This document shows positions 51,721 to 52,821 of a stretch of DNA of 52,821 nucleotides, piece by piece. The stretch spans positions 1 to 52,821 of the IMG/VR virus record IMGVR_UViG_3300010397_000052; one strand, written 5' to 3'. Each line of letters starts with the position of its first letter. Within the stretch, counting starts at the first letter, position 1. Made by a program: the position numbers and the translations under genes. A model generated the notes under the pieces. That model ran no database searches. It was not told the origin of the DNA and worked only from the letters and a program-made list of their open reading frames with translations. Source of the stretch: a virus (Duplodnaviria > Caudoviricetes).

Positions 51721-52421
51721 TCCATGTTGTTTATATCGCGGTTTCTGGCGGCCCTCTCACTCACGATTACTGCGCTCGCTTCGTTGGGAGTTACCTCGCC
51801 AACCCTCCCGGCGCGACTAACCGCGTAATTGTGGTCTGCAACGGCGGCGCGCTCCCGCTCGAAACGCAGATGCTTTTCCTCCCGCTCAACGCCACCTTTC
51901 TCCTCCGCAGCAACGATCCGTCCTGGGATATCGGCGGTTACATGGACGCGGCGCTGCAGTTTCAGGGAAAGTTTCTCTTTTGCTGCGGCGAGACGGTTTA
52001 TTTTCACCGCGAGGGCTGGCTTGCCAGGATGGCTGAGGCTTGGGAGAAATACGGCAACGGTATGTATGGCTCTTTCTCGAGCAACCTTGTCCGGACGCAC
52101 CTCAACACAACAGCGTTTGCCTGTGATTCCGCCTCGCTCCTGAGCTACCCGCGGCCGATGAGTCGCGCTGATCGCTACAATTTCGAGCACGGCTCAGACG
52201 CGCTCTGGCGTCGACTTCATCAGCACGGCAAACCGGTTAAGCTGGTAACGTGGAACGGAGTTTGGGAGCCGGTTCACTGGCGCTTGCCCATGGATATCAT
52301 GTGGCGCGGCAATCAGAGTAACTGCCTGAGCTTCTGCTCGCATACTGATCGCTATCGCGCAGCCACTCCGGTGATTCAACGTCAATGGTCTGCCTGGGCT
52401 GATGGTCCTTACCGCTTATGA
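51717..52421 (+). CDS. Glycosyltransferase-like (RgpF/GT-A-like) protein
   Basis: N-terminal beta strand VVYI, IVVCNG, N...WDIGGY, WL.RM, HLNTTAF, RYNFEHG. GTGA coupling. Confidence 0.65.
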   Translation: MIHVVYIAVSGGPLTHDYCARFVGSYLANPPGATNRVIVVCNGGALPLETQMLFLPLNATFLLRSNDPSWDIGGYMDAALQFQGKFLFCCGETVYFHREGWLARMAEAWEKYGNGMYGSFSSNLVRTHLNTTAFACDSASLLSYPRPMSRADRYNFEHGSDALWRRLHQHGKPVKLVTWNGVWEPVHWRLPMDIMWRGNQSNCLSFCSHTDRYRAATPVIQRQWSAWADGPYRL

Positions 52422-52821
52422 GAATCGCAGTCGTTTACATTTTCCCAGTTTTCGAGGGGGCGTTTTTCGATAACGCCTGCCGGTTCATCGCCACTTACAA
52501 CGAGAATCCAGCCGGGATGGAGCACCAGCTTATTTTTGTTTCCAACGGCGGCAAGCCAACCCTCGAAATGCGCGGCTTGGCGGAATCCTGCGCGCATCCG
52601 GTTGAATGGTTCGAGCACGATAACAGCGGCCACGATTTAGGCGCTTTCCAAGCGGCCGCTCGAGCGATCCCCTGTGATATGATGCTTTTTTTGGGAAGCA
52701 GCGCGTACCTGCGCCGGCCGCAGTGGCTCTCGAGGATGGCTGAGGTATTTCACAAATACGGGAGCGCGGCGATCTACGGCAGCACGGCCAACTGCGGCGA
52801 TGCCAGAGTGAATGTCTTTCC
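52418..52821 (+). CDS. 5' part of second glycosyltransferase-like paralog (continues to base 403)
   Basis: Hand translation MRIAVVYIFP...LIFVSNGG...HDNSGHDLGAFQ...WLSRMAE, absent from the ORF track. Confidence 0.75.
   Translation, partial: MRIAVVYIFPVFEGAFFDNACRFIATYNENPAGMEHQLIFVSNGGKPTLEMRGLAESCAHPVEWFEHDNSGHDLGAFQAAARAIPCDMMLFLGSSAYLRRPQWLSRMAEVFHKYGSAAIYGSTANCGDARVNVF
52699..52821. repeat. Terminal direct repeat (copy 2)
   Basis: Identical to 1-123. Confidence 0.97.

Noticed and set aside
52699-52821. 123-bp terminal repeat as a biological DTR
   Set aside because: It falls in the middle of an intact ORF, so it is best explained as assembler overlap of a circular or permuted genome.
1-52821. 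Stop-codon reassignment
   Set aside because: TAA, TAG and TGA all end well-supported genes, and genes tile densely under the standard code.

Overview
This window is a complete, circularly assembled genome of a tailed dsDNA phage. The unit length is about 52,698 bp, and bases 1-123 repeat at 52699-52821, splitting a gene. The architecture is podovirus-like: terminase large subunit, portal, scaffold, GroES, major capsid, Cys-rich and lectin-like appendage proteins, tail tubular/adaptor proteins and ejection proteins including a 2,167-aa polyvalent protein. No tape measure gene is visible. Replication and recombination look host-dependent (initiator-like protein, DnaC/IstB-like ATPase, RusA, PD-(D/E)XK nuclease, ssDNA-annealing protein). 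A separate Arc-led operon carries a DHH phosphoesterase, a minimal PolX and an FN3 lipoprotein. I recognised no integrase, replicative DNA polymerase, endolysin, tRNA or CRISPR. The most striking feature is a translationally coupled cassette between terminase and portal. It holds two paralogous Cys-containing proteins, three glycosyltransferase-like genes, a radical SAM enzyme with an auxiliary Fe-S domain, a MycE-like sugar O-methyltransferase and an NDP-sugar C-methyltransferase. This suggests a phage-encoded pathway for a methylated, branched-chain glycan, possibly placed on the virion. Other signals are Cys-rich structural proteins with a ~40-aa CxxC repeat, strong enrichment of palindromes such as CTCGAG, a mirror-image C/G skew switch near 41.1 kb (candidate pac/origin) and several candidate structured RNAs. 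Start-codon context and the FN3 gene hint at a Verrucomicrobiota host. All family calls come from motif recognition by eye; no database searches were run.
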